IMG/VR virus record: IMGVR_UViG_3300027863_001119
Coordinates: 69,381-133,380 of that record
DNA length: 64,000 nucleotides
Source of the DNA: a virus
Reading direction: 5' to 3' (one strand)
Part shown: positions 1 to 9,849 of the stretch, piece after piece
How positions within the stretch are numbered: position 1 is the first letter of the stretch
Layout of the letters: each line of letters starts with the position of its first letter
Translations under genes and position numbers: made by a program
The notes under the pieces: generated by a model
Database searches by the model: none
What the model was told of the DNA's origin: nothing
What the model saw: the letters and a program-made list of their open reading frames with translations, nothing else

Positions 1-1
1 A

Positions 2-184
2 GCAGAGGCAAAACAAAAAAATAATATTAGTAAGTATGTTGATTTAAAAAAGAAATTAGATATTTGTTTTAAAATAAAAAGACCAATGCTAGTAACTGCA
101 TTAAATAAAATGTTTGAAAGTATTGCTAAAGGAGATTTAGATGTATGTAAAGACGGAAATATTAAATTGTATAATAATGAATAA
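2..184 (+). CDS. 3' end of a hypothetical protein, truncated by the window edge
   Basis: Open frame from base 2 (AEAKQKNNISKYVDLKKK...KLYNNE) to TAA at 182-184, just before the sigma gene. Confidence 0.6.
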   Translation, partial: AEAKQKNNISKYVDLKKKLDICFKIKRPMLVTALNKMFESIAKGDLDVCKDGNIKLYNNE

Positions 185-193
185 TAAATTTTT

Positions 194-835
194 ATGATAT
201 TTTCTCATACTCTCACACAGTATATAAAAGAATTAGGAGATCCTAAATATGAACCTCTTACTAAAGAAGAGGAGAAGGAGTTGTTAATACAATTTGCCTC
301 AGGTTCTTCTTATGCAAGAGAAAGATTAATAAATTGTCATTTACGTTTTGTGATTTATCTTTTGAGAGATTATAAAATTCCACCTCAGGTAGATGTAATG
401 GACTTAATTCAAGAAGGTAATTTAGGGTTAATAGATGGATTACAAAGATTCGACCCGTCTTATGAATGTAGAGTTTTTACTTATGCAAGACATTATATTT
501 TATGGTATATAGGAAGAGCTTTAGCATTTTACTCTAAAACAAGTCAATTTTATACTATACCAGAAAGTTTTGATTTTGATAATATTAAAAGTGAAGAAAG
601 TGAAGATATTACTGTTAAGACAAAAGCTTATAGAGATATAGTTAAGAGTATAGAGAAAGTGTTAACTGATAAGGAATTGTCTATCATAAAATTATATTTT
701 GGATTAGATCCACCTTATTTTAAGTCTTATACTTTGAAAGAAATAGGATTATTACTTCATTTAGATTCTGAAAAAGTACGTCAAATAAAGGAACAAGCTT
801 TAATAAAAATTAAGAAAAATTGTAGTTTTTATTAA
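194..835 (+). CDS. Phage sigma-70 family sigma factor (RpoD/RpoS-like, regions 1.2, 2 and 4)
   Basis: YIKELG..PLTKEEE (region 1.2), ARERLINCHLRFV and DLIQEGNLGLIDGLQRFDP (region 2), TLKEIG...SEKVRQIKEQAL (region 4 HTH). Confidence 0.92.
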   Translation: MIFSHTLTQYIKELGDPKYEPLTKEEEKELLIQFASGSSYARERLINCHLRFVIYLLRDYKIPPQVDVMDLIQEGNLGLIDGLQRFDPSYECRVFTYARHYILWYIGRALAFYSKTSQFYTIPESFDFDNIKSEESEDITVKTKAYRDIVKSIEKVLTDKELSIIKLYFGLDPPYFKSYTLKEIGLLLHLDSEKVRQIKEQALIKIKKNCSFY

Positions 836-854
836 AATTAATAAGGAGAAATTT

Positions 855-3554
855 ATGAAATTTGAAAGAGTATTTACAGCAGAAGGACTTCACCCTTTTA
901 ATACCGTTACATGGAAGAATTTTAATTCTTCTATTACAAATAAAGAAGGAAAGAAAATATTTGAACAACAAAATGTAGAGTTTCCTGAATTTTGGGATCA
1001 AACAAGTGTTGATATTGTTTGTGAAAAATATTTTGCAGGAAGTACTCCTAAAAATAGGGAATACTCTTTAAAACAATTAATAACAAGAGTAGTAGGGTGG
1101 TATTATGAAAAAGGACTTGCGGATAAATATTTTGACACTGAAGAAGATGCAGAAGTTTTTAAAGATGAGTTGACATATTTAATGCTTTATCAATATGCAG
1201 CATTTAACTCTCCTGTATATTTTAATGTAGGAGTGAGGAAAGACCCGCAAGTTTCTGCTTGTTTTATTTTATCTGCAGATGATACTATGGATTCTATATC
1301 AGATAATATGAAGATAGAAATGAGTATATTTAGAGGAGGTTCTGGAGCAGGATTAAATAGAAGCAAATTAAGATCTAGCAAAGAAAGAGTTTCTACAGGT
1401 GGAACTGCAATGGGTCCTTTAGTTCCTATAGAGATTTCCGACAAAATTGCGAAAGCTACTAAGAGTGGAGGAAAAACAAGAAGAAGTGCTTTAATGATGG
1501 AATTAGATATAGACCATGGCGATATAGAACAATTTATAGTACAGAAAGCACAAGTTGAAAAGGCTGCAAAGATTTTGATAAAGGAAGGATGGAGTGCAGA
1601 CTTTGATGATCCTAACGGAGTATATTCTTTGTTAGGGTTACAAAATTTTAATCAGTCAGTATCTATACCTGATTCTTTTATGCAATGCTTAATATCATCT
1701 CAACAATGGGCATTACTTGAAAGATATCCTACAAATTTGCCCGATATAGATAAGAAAAAACTTAAGACTATAACTACATTTCAAGGAGATTTTTTTGAAT
1801 ACGAAGGTAATTGGTATTTAGAGAAAAAAGATGAGTATATAAAGGTCATTAAGTGGGTAAAGGCGAGAGATTTATGGAATATGATTTGTGAAAGTGCATG
1901 GGAATGTGCAGATCCCGGGGTTCAATTTCGCACTCATATTAATAATTGGCACACTTGTAAAGCAGATGGAGAGATAACAGGGTCTAATCCTTGTTCCGAA
2001 TATTTCTTTTTAGAAGATACTAGTTGTAATTTAGCATCTTTAAACTTATTAAAGTTTTTAGAAGGAGATTCTTTTAATATAAGTAAGTTTAAGCAAGCTG
2101 TGAGAATATTTATAACCGCAATGGATATTTCCGTGCATAATGCATCTTATCCAACTAGACATATTAAAGAGAAGACAAAGTTATACAGAACTTTAGGATT
2201 AGGGTATACTAATTTAGGAGCTTTACTTTTATCTAAGACATTACCTTATGATAGTGAAGAAGGACGTAAGTATGCAGCTGCAATAACCGCTCTTCTTTTA
2301 TCTTTTGCATATAGTACATCTCAGGAATTAGCTTCTCAATTAGGACCTTTTGAAAAATATGAAACAAACAAAGAATATGTGTCTGAAGTTTTAGCAAAAC
2401 ACTTATCTTATATGGAGAAGTTAAAGAACGATTTATCTTTTTCTCAAATAAATGAAGACATAAAAACAGAGATAAATTATATTATTGAACAAGCTATTCA
2501 GAATTTTCCTTCTAATCATTCACCAGTTCGCAATGCACAGGTAGTTGTTATTGCACCAACTGGTACTATTAGTTTTATGATGGGAGCAGAAACAACTGGT
2601 ATAGAACCTGTTTTAGGTTTGACTTATTATAAGAAAATGGTAGGAGGAGGGTTCATTGAATTAACTGTTCCTTCAGTAAAGAAAGCTTTACTTAAATTAG
2701 GTTATACAGATAGAGAAATAAATGTTATTTTTAAATCATTAAAAAATGATCCAGAATCTCTCTTTTCTTTATTAGATGCAAAACACCTACCATTATTACA
2801 AACTTCTTTTTCTTCTCTACCGCAATTAACTTTATCTCCAAGCGCACACGTTGAGATGATGGCAGCTGTTCAACCTTTTATCAGCGGTGGTATATCTAAA
2901 ACAGTAAATCTTCCTTACAATGCTACTAAGGAAGACATTGACAAAATATTTATGACAGCATGGAGATTAGGATTAAAAAGCATTTCTGTTTATAGAGATG
3001 GATGTAAAGGAAGTCAACCGTTATCTTTAGACAAAAGTGAAAAATTATTGAGTAATGGAAGACCTAAACCAATTAGAAGAGTTTTACCAGATGATAGACC
3101 GGGATATAATCATAAGTTTAGGATAGGTAATCAGAAAGGATTTTTACAATTCGGATTTTATCCAGATACTCATAAGTTAGGAGAAATGTATGCAGAAATA
3201 AGCAAAGGAGGTAGTACTCTAAATGGATTGGTTAATACGATTGCTATTTTAGTAAGTATTATGTTACAGTATGGAGTTCCTCCTGAAGAAATTATTGATG
3301 CATTTGAAAATTTACAATTTGAACCAAGTGGATTTACAAGTAATCCTAATATTCCAGTTGCTTCTTCTATTCCAGATTATATAGCAAAGTATATGAGACA
3401 TTTATTGTCATTTCATTCTCATAATTTAGGTTCTGAAAAGAAAAAAGAAGAGTATCAAACAGGAGAAACTTGTCCTAATTGTGGAAATTTAATGGTAAGA
3501 ACAGGTACTTGTTATACTTGTACTCATTGTGGTAGTACAGGTGGGTGTGGTTGA
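855..3554 (+). CDS. nrdJ: Class II (adenosylcobalamin-dependent) ribonucleotide reductase with C-terminal TSCPD-like and Zn-ribbon domains
   Basis: FNSPVYFNVG, QVSACFI, SNPCSEY (thiyl Cys), CNLASLN, APTGTIS, ISKTVN, YRDGCK; C-terminal CPNCG..CYTCTHCG. Confidence 0.95.
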   Translation: MKFERVFTAEGLHPFNTVTWKNFNSSITNKEGKKIFEQQNVEFPEFWDQTSVDIVCEKYFAGSTPKNREYSLKQLITRVVGWYYEKGLADKYFDTEEDAEVFKDELTYLMLYQYAAFNSPVYFNVGVRKDPQVSACFILSADDTMDSISDNMKIEMSIFRGGSGAGLNRSKLRSSKERVSTGGTAMGPLVPIEISDKIAKATKSGGKTRRSALMMELDIDHGDIEQFIVQKAQVEKAAKILIKEGWSADFDDPNGVYSLLGLQNFNQSVSIPDSFMQCLISSQQWALLERYPTNLPDIDKKKLKTITTFQGDFFEYEGNWYLEKKDEYIKVIKWVKARDLWNMICESAWECADPGVQFRTHINNWHTCKADGEITGSNPCSEYFFLEDTSCNLASLNLLKFLEGDSFNISKFKQAVRIFITAMDISVHNASYPTRHIKEKTKLYRTLGLGYTNLGALLLSKTLPYDSEEGRKYAAAITALLLSFAYSTSQELASQLGPFEKYETNKEYVSEVLAKHLSYMEKLKNDLSFSQINEDIKTEINYIIEQAIQNFPSNHSPVRNAQVVVIAPTGTISFMMGAETTGIEPVLGLTYYKKMVGGGFIELTVPSVKKALLKLGYTDREINVIFKSLKNDPESLFSLLDAKHLPLLQTSFSSLPQLTLSPSAHVEMMAAVQPFISGGISKTVNLPYNATKEDIDKIFMTAWRLGLKSISVYRDGCKGSQPLSLDKSEKLLSNGRPKPIRRVLPDDRPGYNHKFRIGNQKGFLQFGFYPDTHKLGEMYAEISKGGSTLNGLVNTIAILVSIMLQYGVPPEEIIDAFENLQFEPSGFTSNPNIPVASSIPDYIAKYMRHLLSFHSHNLGSEKKKEEYQTGETCPNCGNLMVRTGTCYTCTHCGSTGGCG

Positions 3555-4248
3555 TAACAACAAAAAAAGAGGTATAGATATGCAATATCTCTCAATTAAT
3601 GACTTAAAAATACCTTTTCTTGTTGCACGAAGAGGAAGAGGCAGTAATGAAGTTATTTCTAAAGTATGTATTAATTACGAAAATGATGTTAGTTTATTTG
3701 ATATAATAAAAGTAATGACTGATTATCAGAAAAAAGTGATCAACAAAGATTTGTTATTAGATATAATTGAAGATTTGAAGAAGTTGGGATCTCTTAAGTT
3801 TTTAGAAATTTTATTTTTCCTTCCTGTAGATAGAGTTTCTGTTTATTTAAAGGAGTCTTTAAGTTATCTTTTAGAGTGTGGTTATAAATTTGAAAAAGAT
3901 AATGATGAATTGATTATGATAATCAAATGTCCAGTTCCGGTAGATTATCTTTTTCCTTTTTTAGGAGAAGTTTATTTGGAAGTAAACAATCCTAGTTTAA
4001 ATTTTTATTTTGAAGATTTACTTGATTTATTACAGAGATACGGAAGTGTTATTATTTATCCTATGGTTTCTTTTGAGGATTTACCTCGACTTTCTACATC
4101 TTTTGAATCTAGAGTTACTTTAGATGAATTTTTGAGAATTATGAAAAGTATTTTTACTAAGAGAAAGTTGTGTGAAAATGGAAAGATTTGCGTTAAATTT
4201 AGAGATATGTATGGTTTATATACTGTTGAAAAAGGTATAGTATGGTAA
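3529..4248 (+). CDS. Degenerate GTP cyclohydrolase IB (FolE2)-like T-fold protein lacking catalytic motifs; probable start ATG 3580
   Basis: Colinear similarity by eye to the FolE2 at 9850 (e.g. FYFEDLLDLLQRYGSVIIYPMVSFED vs LYIEDLIKSIEAQASAPTFPLLKRAD), but no CPC, HNQR or ESIH. Confidence 0.6.
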   Translation: MVVQVGVVDNNKKRGIDMQYLSINDLKIPFLVARRGRGSNEVISKVCINYENDVSLFDIIKVMTDYQKKVINKDLLLDIIEDLKKLGSLKFLEILFFLPVDRVSVYLKESLSYLLECGYKFEKDNDELIMIIKCPVPVDYLFPFLGEVYLEVNNPSLNFYFEDLLDLLQRYGSVIIYPMVSFEDLPRLSTSFESRVTLDEFLRIMKSIFTKRKLCENGKICVKFRDMYGLYTVEKGIVW

Positions 4249-4253
4249 TAATG

Positions 4254-4264
4254 TTGTATTATAT
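4254..4264 (+). promoter_or_regulatory. Candidate phage promoter element TTGTATTATAT (copy 1)
   Basis: Exact 11-mer also at 11531, 35255 and 44461; the four copies I noticed are all intergenic, about 20-40 nt before a start codon. Confidence 0.5.
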
Positions 4265-4287
4265 GAATAAAAAAAGAAGGGATATAT

Positions 4288-5037
4288 ATGGAAAAAGAAA
4301 TAGGAATATCAGAGTTTTACACATGTATTCAAGGAGAAGGAAAATATACAGGAGTCCCTCATATTTTAGTTCGTATGGTAGGATGTCCTATGAGATGTGT
4401 TTTTGGAAGTTCTATTTGTGATAGCTGGTATACTAGTTGGGCTCCTGAACCTTTTCGTGTTGTAGAGAGTACACTTATAAACTTTTATAAAAAAAATTCT
4501 CATATAAAGCATACTATGATAACAGGAGGAGAACCTACTTCAAATCCAACTTTGTTAAATAGGTTGGTAAATATTGCGAAAGATTTTGGTCATTTTGTTA
4601 CTATAGAGACAGCCGGTATTGCTTTTGTAAAAACAAAAGCAGATTTTATTTCTTTATCTCCTAAATTATCAAGTACTACTCCTAAAGTTGGAGGTCTTTA
4701 CAAAGCAGGAGATAAAGTTATCAAAGTTCCTCAAGCTTGGGTTACTCGTCATAAATCATTAAGGAATAATTATGATATTATGTTACAACTTATTTCTTAT
4801 TATGATTATCAATTTAAGCCAGTAGTATCTAACTTTGAGAAGGATATTGAAGAAATTGAAGAAATGGTAAAACAACTAAAAATTCCAAACTGTAAGGTAT
4901 ATTTGATGCCTGCAGGAGCTACGAGAGAGGAATTAGATAAGATTAGAGTTCCTTTAATAGAGTATTGTATTAAAAAAGGATATAATTATACTGATAGAAT
5001 TCACATTGTTGCTTATGACAATAAAAGAGGAGTTTAG
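4288..5037 (+). CDS. queE: 7-carboxy-7-deazaguanine synthase (radical SAM)
   Basis: EFYTCIQGEGKYTGVP, GCPMRCVFGSSICDS (CX3CX6C variant), ITGGEP, IET, SLSPK, LMP, DRIH. Confidence 0.92.
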   Translation: MEKEIGISEFYTCIQGEGKYTGVPHILVRMVGCPMRCVFGSSICDSWYTSWAPEPFRVVESTLINFYKKNSHIKHTMITGGEPTSNPTLLNRLVNIAKDFGHFVTIETAGIAFVKTKADFISLSPKLSSTTPKVGGLYKAGDKVIKVPQAWVTRHKSLRNNYDIMLQLISYYDYQFKPVVSNFEKDIEEIEEMVKQLKIPNCKVYLMPAGATREELDKIRVPLIEYCIKKGYNYTDRIHIVAYDNKRGV

Positions 5038-5040
5038 TTT

Positions 5041-5361
5041 ATGTTAGATAAAGAAAGAGTTGTTTATGAGATATTAGAAGAGTTAAGAAGAAGATATAAT
5101 TCACCTGTATTACGTAAAAACTTAAGATTAGATGTCAATTTTCTTCGAGAAGTATTAGAAATTGTAGAAAATTCTGGATATGATATATTACCTGCGAAAA
5201 GTTATCCTACAGAAGGATTTTCTGCAACTGCTATTGATGATTTTTATCAAGAAATAGCTCAATGGGTTCAAACAGATAGAGATTATTATATACCAGCAGA
5301 ACAGATTATAAGAAACCTAATTTATAAAGGATGGGTTATTATACCCCCAAGAGGTTTGTAG
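5041..5361 (+). CDS. Hypothetical protein
   Basis: 106-aa ORF packed tightly between queE and the helicase. Confidence 0.7.
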   Translation: MLDKERVVYEILEELRRRYNSPVLRKNLRLDVNFLREVLEIVENSGYDILPAKSYPTEGFSATAIDDFYQEIAQWVQTDRDYYIPAEQIIRNLIYKGWVIIPPRGL

Positions 5362-6834
5362 ATGATGGGAAAAGTAGTTATTAATTTTTCTTTTGTTTGG
5401 TGTAAAATTATTTCTGCTCCCTCCGCGGTGTATAATCTTTTATATGATACTCTAAAGTATAGACCAGAAGGATATTATTTTTCTCCGAAGTACCAAAATG
5501 GTATATGGGATGGATATTGTAGATTGTATAAACATGCTTCTAAGAAATTCAGAACAGGATTATTACCAAGAGTAGTAGATATACTTAAGAGTAATAATTA
5601 TGAGATAGAGATATTAAATTTTCCAAATCATGCAATATCGGAGATTTCAAAAGTTGATTTTAAAGATGCAAATGATAATGTTGTTACTTTAAGACACTAT
5701 CAACAAGAGGCAACTTTGACTGCTATAAGAAAAAGATTTGGTATAATTCAAGCTCCTCCGAGAAGTGGTAAAACTTTGATTGCGGTTTCTATTATTTATC
5801 ATTTTAATCAATTTCCCGTAGTTTTCTTAGTGCGCAGCAGAGATTTAGCGTATCAAACTTTAAGGGTGTTTGAGAAGAATTTTAAAGATAAACAAATAGG
5901 TTTTATTTGTGATGGTGAATGTAAGATAGGAGATATTAATGTAGTTACAGTTCAAAGTGCTTATTCTGCTTATAATAAGAAATATAAAGAAAAAGGATTA
6001 TACGAAGAAAAAGAAGTAGTTGATAAAGAAGGAGTAAGAAATTTATTAATAAAAACAAAAACCTTATTTTTAGATGAAGTTCATCATTTACAATCTTCCA
6101 CTACAGGATTTATTTATGATAGGTGTATAAATACAGTTATGAAAATAGGGTTGTCAGCTACTCCTTTTTCAGATAAACCTGACTCTATCTTAGTAGAAGA
6201 GAGAACTGGTCCTGTTATATACAAAATTACTTATTCTTCTTTGATCGAAGAAGGATATTTAATGACTCCCTACATATATATGTATAAACTTCCTTCTATT
6301 AAGGTTGATGGTAATTATAGAGCTGTTTATACAAAAGCTGTAATACAGAATCCATTTTTAACTCATTTAGTACGTAATTTAGCGAAACAACTAAACGCTC
6401 TTGGAAAATCAGTTGTAGTTCAAACTGAATTTATTCAACATACTAAAGATTTAGCAAAATTCTTAGAATGTGAGTATTTAGTAGGCAGTGATAGTACAGA
6501 GAAGAGACAAGATGTATTAAAGAGATTACAAAATAAAGAAATTTTACTTTTAGTGTCTACATTATTTGAAGAAGGTTTAGATGTTCCAAGTTTAGATTAT
6601 ACTATCAATATGGTTGGAGGGTTAAGCAATATAGCAACTTTTCAACGTATGAGATCTATAACCAAACATGAATCAAAAACAACAGTAGGAATTATAGATT
6701 TTATACATCAATGTAAATATCTATCTCAACATTCTCAAAAGAGATTATCTTTATATAAGTCAGAACCTGCTTTTGTAGTAGAGATTAGAGATGTTAGTAA
6801 TTTAACTTTAGAGGATATAGAAAATGAAGATTAA
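5362..6834 (+). CDS. SF2 DNA helicase (UvsW/Rad25-like)
   Basis: LRHYQ Q-motif, APPRSGKT Walker A, DEVH, GLSATP, EGLDVP. Confidence 0.9.
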   Translation: MMGKVVINFSFVWCKIISAPSAVYNLLYDTLKYRPEGYYFSPKYQNGIWDGYCRLYKHASKKFRTGLLPRVVDILKSNNYEIEILNFPNHAISEISKVDFKDANDNVVTLRHYQQEATLTAIRKRFGIIQAPPRSGKTLIAVSIIYHFNQFPVVFLVRSRDLAYQTLRVFEKNFKDKQIGFICDGECKIGDINVVTVQSAYSAYNKKYKEKGLYEEKEVVDKEGVRNLLIKTKTLFLDEVHHLQSSTTGFIYDRCINTVMKIGLSATPFSDKPDSILVEERTGPVIYKITYSSLIEEGYLMTPYIYMYKLPSIKVDGNYRAVYTKAVIQNPFLTHLVRNLAKQLNALGKSVVVQTEFIQHTKDLAKFLECEYLVGSDSTEKRQDVLKRLQNKEILLLVSTLFEEGLDVPSLDYTINMVGGLSNIATFQRMRSITKHESKTTVGIIDFIHQCKYLSQHSQKRLSLYKSEPAFVVEIRDVSNLTLEDIENED

Positions 6835-7222
6835 GTTAACAAATACTAAAGATATAGATAAATGGTCTAATAGAGATATTTTAATTTATTTTTTAGTTAA
6901 GTATAAGGAGTTTGTTTCTAAAGAGTTTAGTGTGCCAGAAGATGCTTGGGTTGGTATGATGTCGAGGATAAAAGGATTTAGAGAAAAGATGAATTTAACT
7001 TCTCTTCAATACAAAGAATTTATTGATGATGTATTTTCTATTTTTTTTACTCAAAAGGATTACGTTCCTTCTTTTGGGGCAATAGTAAGTGAAAAAGTAT
7101 ATTATAATATTAAGTTTTTAAAAACTTCAAAATTAACATCTTGCAAATCATTTACAAACGATGATTTTGAAAAACTTAAACAAGAACTTTATAGTAAGGA
7201 AATTTTTAGAAAACTATTATGA
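6824..7222 (+). CDS. Hypothetical protein, possibly replication-initiation associated
   Basis: ORF overlapping the helicase end and directly before the DnaC-like loader. Function inferred from position only. Confidence 0.6.
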   Translation: MKIKLTNTKDIDKWSNRDILIYFLVKYKEFVSKEFSVPEDAWVGMMSRIKGFREKMNLTSLQYKEFIDDVFSIFFTQKDYVPSFGAIVSEKVYYNIKFLKTSKLTSCKSFTNDDFEKLKQELYSKEIFRKLL

Positions 7223-7228
7223 GAAATA

Positions 7229-7996
7229 TTGTTTATGAAAAGTTTCTTAATACCCCCAGAGAAAGTTGAAAGTATTAAAAATTCTGTTATTGGAAAGTTT
7301 TGTAAAGGAAAGTGTTTAGGGAGAGGTGCATATTTAACAACGAATGGTATATTTATGGATTGTGAGTGTGTAGAAGAGTTTAGAAGACAGATAAAATTAC
7401 TTTCTGCTAATATACCTCAAAAGTATTGGGATTTTGACCTTCGAAATTTAACAAAAGAATTTATAAGTAATAATAAAGAAGCGTTAAAGATAATAAAAAA
7501 TTATGTAGATAAGATAAAGATTATGGTAGATGAAGGTGTAGGGTTGTATATACAAGGAGCACATGGTTTAGCCAAAACAGCACTTAGTTATTATATTTTG
7601 AAAGAAGCTATGAAACAAGACATTATATGTTATGCTATTAGTATGTCTCGACTTACAGGACTATTTTATGACATAAATATAGAAGAGAATAAAGAGTTAA
7701 TTGAATGGATTAAGAATGATGTAAAATTGTTAGTTATAGAAGAAATTGAAAAAGATTATAATATTGATAAGTCTACTACTTTTTTGGGTTCAATGGTAAA
7801 TGATTTTTTTAGAAGTATTTATGATACAAAAAAATCATTGATTGTTAATTCTAATTTTTCTAAAAAAGTATTGAAGGAAAGTAGGGTTCACGCAGATAAC
7901 GTAGTTGATAGATTTGAGGAATTAGTAGATGTTATTTTAGTTGGTAATTCTTATCGTAAACAGTATGAAAACCTTCGAAAGATAATAGAATTGTAA
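7229..7996 (+). CDS. DnaC/IstB-like AAA+ helicase loader
   Basis: N-terminal C-x3-C...CEC Zn motif, ANIPQKYW, GLYIQGAHGLAKT (variant Walker A), LLVIEEI (variant Walker B), DRF, GNSYR. Confidence 0.8.
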   Translation: MFMKSFLIPPEKVESIKNSVIGKFCKGKCLGRGAYLTTNGIFMDCECVEEFRRQIKLLSANIPQKYWDFDLRNLTKEFISNNKEALKIIKNYVDKIKIMVDEGVGLYIQGAHGLAKTALSYYILKEAMKQDIICYAISMSRLTGLFYDINIEENKELIEWIKNDVKLLVIEEIEKDYNIDKSTTFLGSMVNDFFRSIYDTKKSLIVNSNFSKKVLKESRVHADNVVDRFEELVDVILVGNSYRKQYENLRKIIEL

Positions 7997-7997
7997 T

Positions 7998-9329
7998 ATG
8001 ATAAAATTTAAAGATCCTCAAGTCGAAAAGTTAGTATTAGCTGCCTTCTTAAAAGGCCCAGAATTTTGGAAAGAGATTCCAGAAAGCTGGTTTGAGGAAG
8101 AACTACACAGAAGATGTTATAAAGAATTTAAAAAAATTCTAAGACCTCCTTACTCTACTTTTCCTACTCCTGATATAATTATTGATAAGACAAATGATCC
8201 GGACGTAAAAATTTTAGTTTTAGAATTAAAAGAAATTAATATTACTTTGCAAGAACTGAATGTTAGAATTCAAGATTTATTTGATATGTTTTGTTCACGC
8301 AAGTTATTTGATGTAGCATCAAAGTTACCAGAGGAATTACAATCAAAGAATCCAAGGGAAATTGTAAGAGAGAAAATATCTGTTTTATCTGAATTAGTAA
8401 ATCCTTTTGGTATAAAAGAAAGTAATAGAGAATTTATTTATGATTCTGCCGTAGAAAGATGGGAGTATTATAAAGGAGTAGAATCCAAAACTATTGAAAG
8501 TACAGCAATACCTTTTCATATAAACGACTTAGATTATTATACTAATGGAGGTTTAAGAAAAACTCATATGATGTTAATTGTTGCAGGAACTGGAGAATTT
8601 AAAACCCTTACTAAATTGTCTATTGCATATAATTATGCTTTTATAGAGAAAAAAGATACAATGGTACTTACACTTGAAGTTCCTGGTTCTGGAGACCAAA
8701 GAGATTATCAAAGAATGATTGATGCGAGACATTCTTTATTAGAGTTTAAGGATATAGTTTCTGGTAAATTGAATGTAAATAGAGGTATTTATAGAGAGAA
8801 GTTAATAGATATTGTTGAAAACAAATATCCTCTTTACATTGTAGATATTCCAGATAAAGCTACTTCTGGAGATGTTATTAAAGAGATAGAGTTATATTTT
8901 GCTAAAACAGGAAAGTATCCAGATGCAGTTATAATTGATTATTTGAATGAAATGGAGCCTTTAGGAAGTTATAGTAGTAGTTCCGAAAAGTTTAAGTTGC
9001 TTGCGTCAGAACTTAGAGTTATAGCTCGTACATATGGAACTCGTTTAATTACAAGTATGCAATTGAATAGAGAAGGGAAAAAGATTAAGGAAGGAGAGAA
9101 AAGAGATTTAGAGAATATTTCAGAATCTCATTATGTTACTAATCCTTTTCATGTTATTGTTTTTTTACATCAGGATCCAAATGGAATTGATGCTGCTACA
9201 AATCAATTACATTGGACGATAAGAAAAAATAGATATGGTCAAAAGAATGTTACTTTTACTACATTTGCAAATCCTGCATTTTGTTACGTAGGGGATAGAA
9301 AAATAATATATCCAGGGTATGAACAATAA
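7998..9329 (+). CDS. dnaB: DnaB-like replicative helicase
   Basis: LDYYTNGGL, AGTGEFKT, LTLE, IIDYL, QLNREG, KNRYG. Confidence 0.88.
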   Translation: MIKFKDPQVEKLVLAAFLKGPEFWKEIPESWFEEELHRRCYKEFKKILRPPYSTFPTPDIIIDKTNDPDVKILVLELKEINITLQELNVRIQDLFDMFCSRKLFDVASKLPEELQSKNPREIVREKISVLSELVNPFGIKESNREFIYDSAVERWEYYKGVESKTIESTAIPFHINDLDYYTNGGLRKTHMMLIVAGTGEFKTLTKLSIAYNYAFIEKKDTMVLTLEVPGSGDQRDYQRMIDARHSLLEFKDIVSGKLNVNRGIYREKLIDIVENKYPLYIVDIPDKATSGDVIKEIELYFAKTGKYPDAVIIDYLNEMEPLGSYSSSSEKFKLLASELRVIARTYGTRLITSMQLNREGKKIKEGEKRDLENISESHYVTNPFHVIVFLHQDPNGIDAATNQLHWTIRKNRYGQKNVTFTTFANPAFCYVGDRKIIYPGYEQ

Positions 9330-9343
9330 AGCAAAAAAAATGT

Positions 9344-9835
9344 ATGAGTATTAATATTGATATAATCAATATATTAAACAAGTATAATATAAGTTATAGA
9401 GAAAATTCTTACTCTGATGAAATAGATATTTTATGTCCTTTTCATGATGACCATCATTTTGGTAATGCTAAGATTAATAAAAAAACTGGTTTGTTTAATT
9501 GTTTTTCTTGTGGAAAAGGAGGAGGTATAGTTAGGTTTGTGGCGTTATTGGAAGGAATAACTGATAGAGAAGCTTTTTTATTGTTGAAAGGAAATAATAA
9601 TTATGACTTAAATACTTTACAAAAGAAAATAGATTTTTATAAAAGAGAACAAGTAAAAAAAGATAATAGAAATCTTTCTCAAAGAATTCTATACAAGATT
9701 TTAAATAATTTACCAATTGTACCAATAGATTCTACAAACTATTGGTTGTATATATGTAATTGTATTTTATCATATAATTTTAGTGAAGAAGAATTATTAC
9801 AAATTTATAATGAATTTTTACATCAAAAAAAATAA
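9344..9835 (+). CDS. Stand-alone CHC2 zinc-finger (primase N-terminal) protein
   Basis: CPFHDD...FNCFSCGKGG..FVALLEGIT; no TOPRIM domain. Confidence 0.85.
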   Translation: MSINIDIINILNKYNISYRENSYSDEIDILCPFHDDHHFGNAKINKKTGLFNCFSCGKGGGIVRFVALLEGITDREAFLLLKGNNNYDLNTLQKKIDFYKREQVKKDNRNLSQRILYKILNNLPIVPIDSTNYWLYICNCILSYNFSEEELLQIYNEFLHQKK

Positions 9836-9849
9836 AAAGGAGAAGTGAT

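Noticed and set aside
1720-1850. Possible intein or intron in nrdJ (extra segment)
   Set aside because: The insertion is only about 40 aa, in frame, and has no intein Cys/His-Asn termini or endonuclease motifs.
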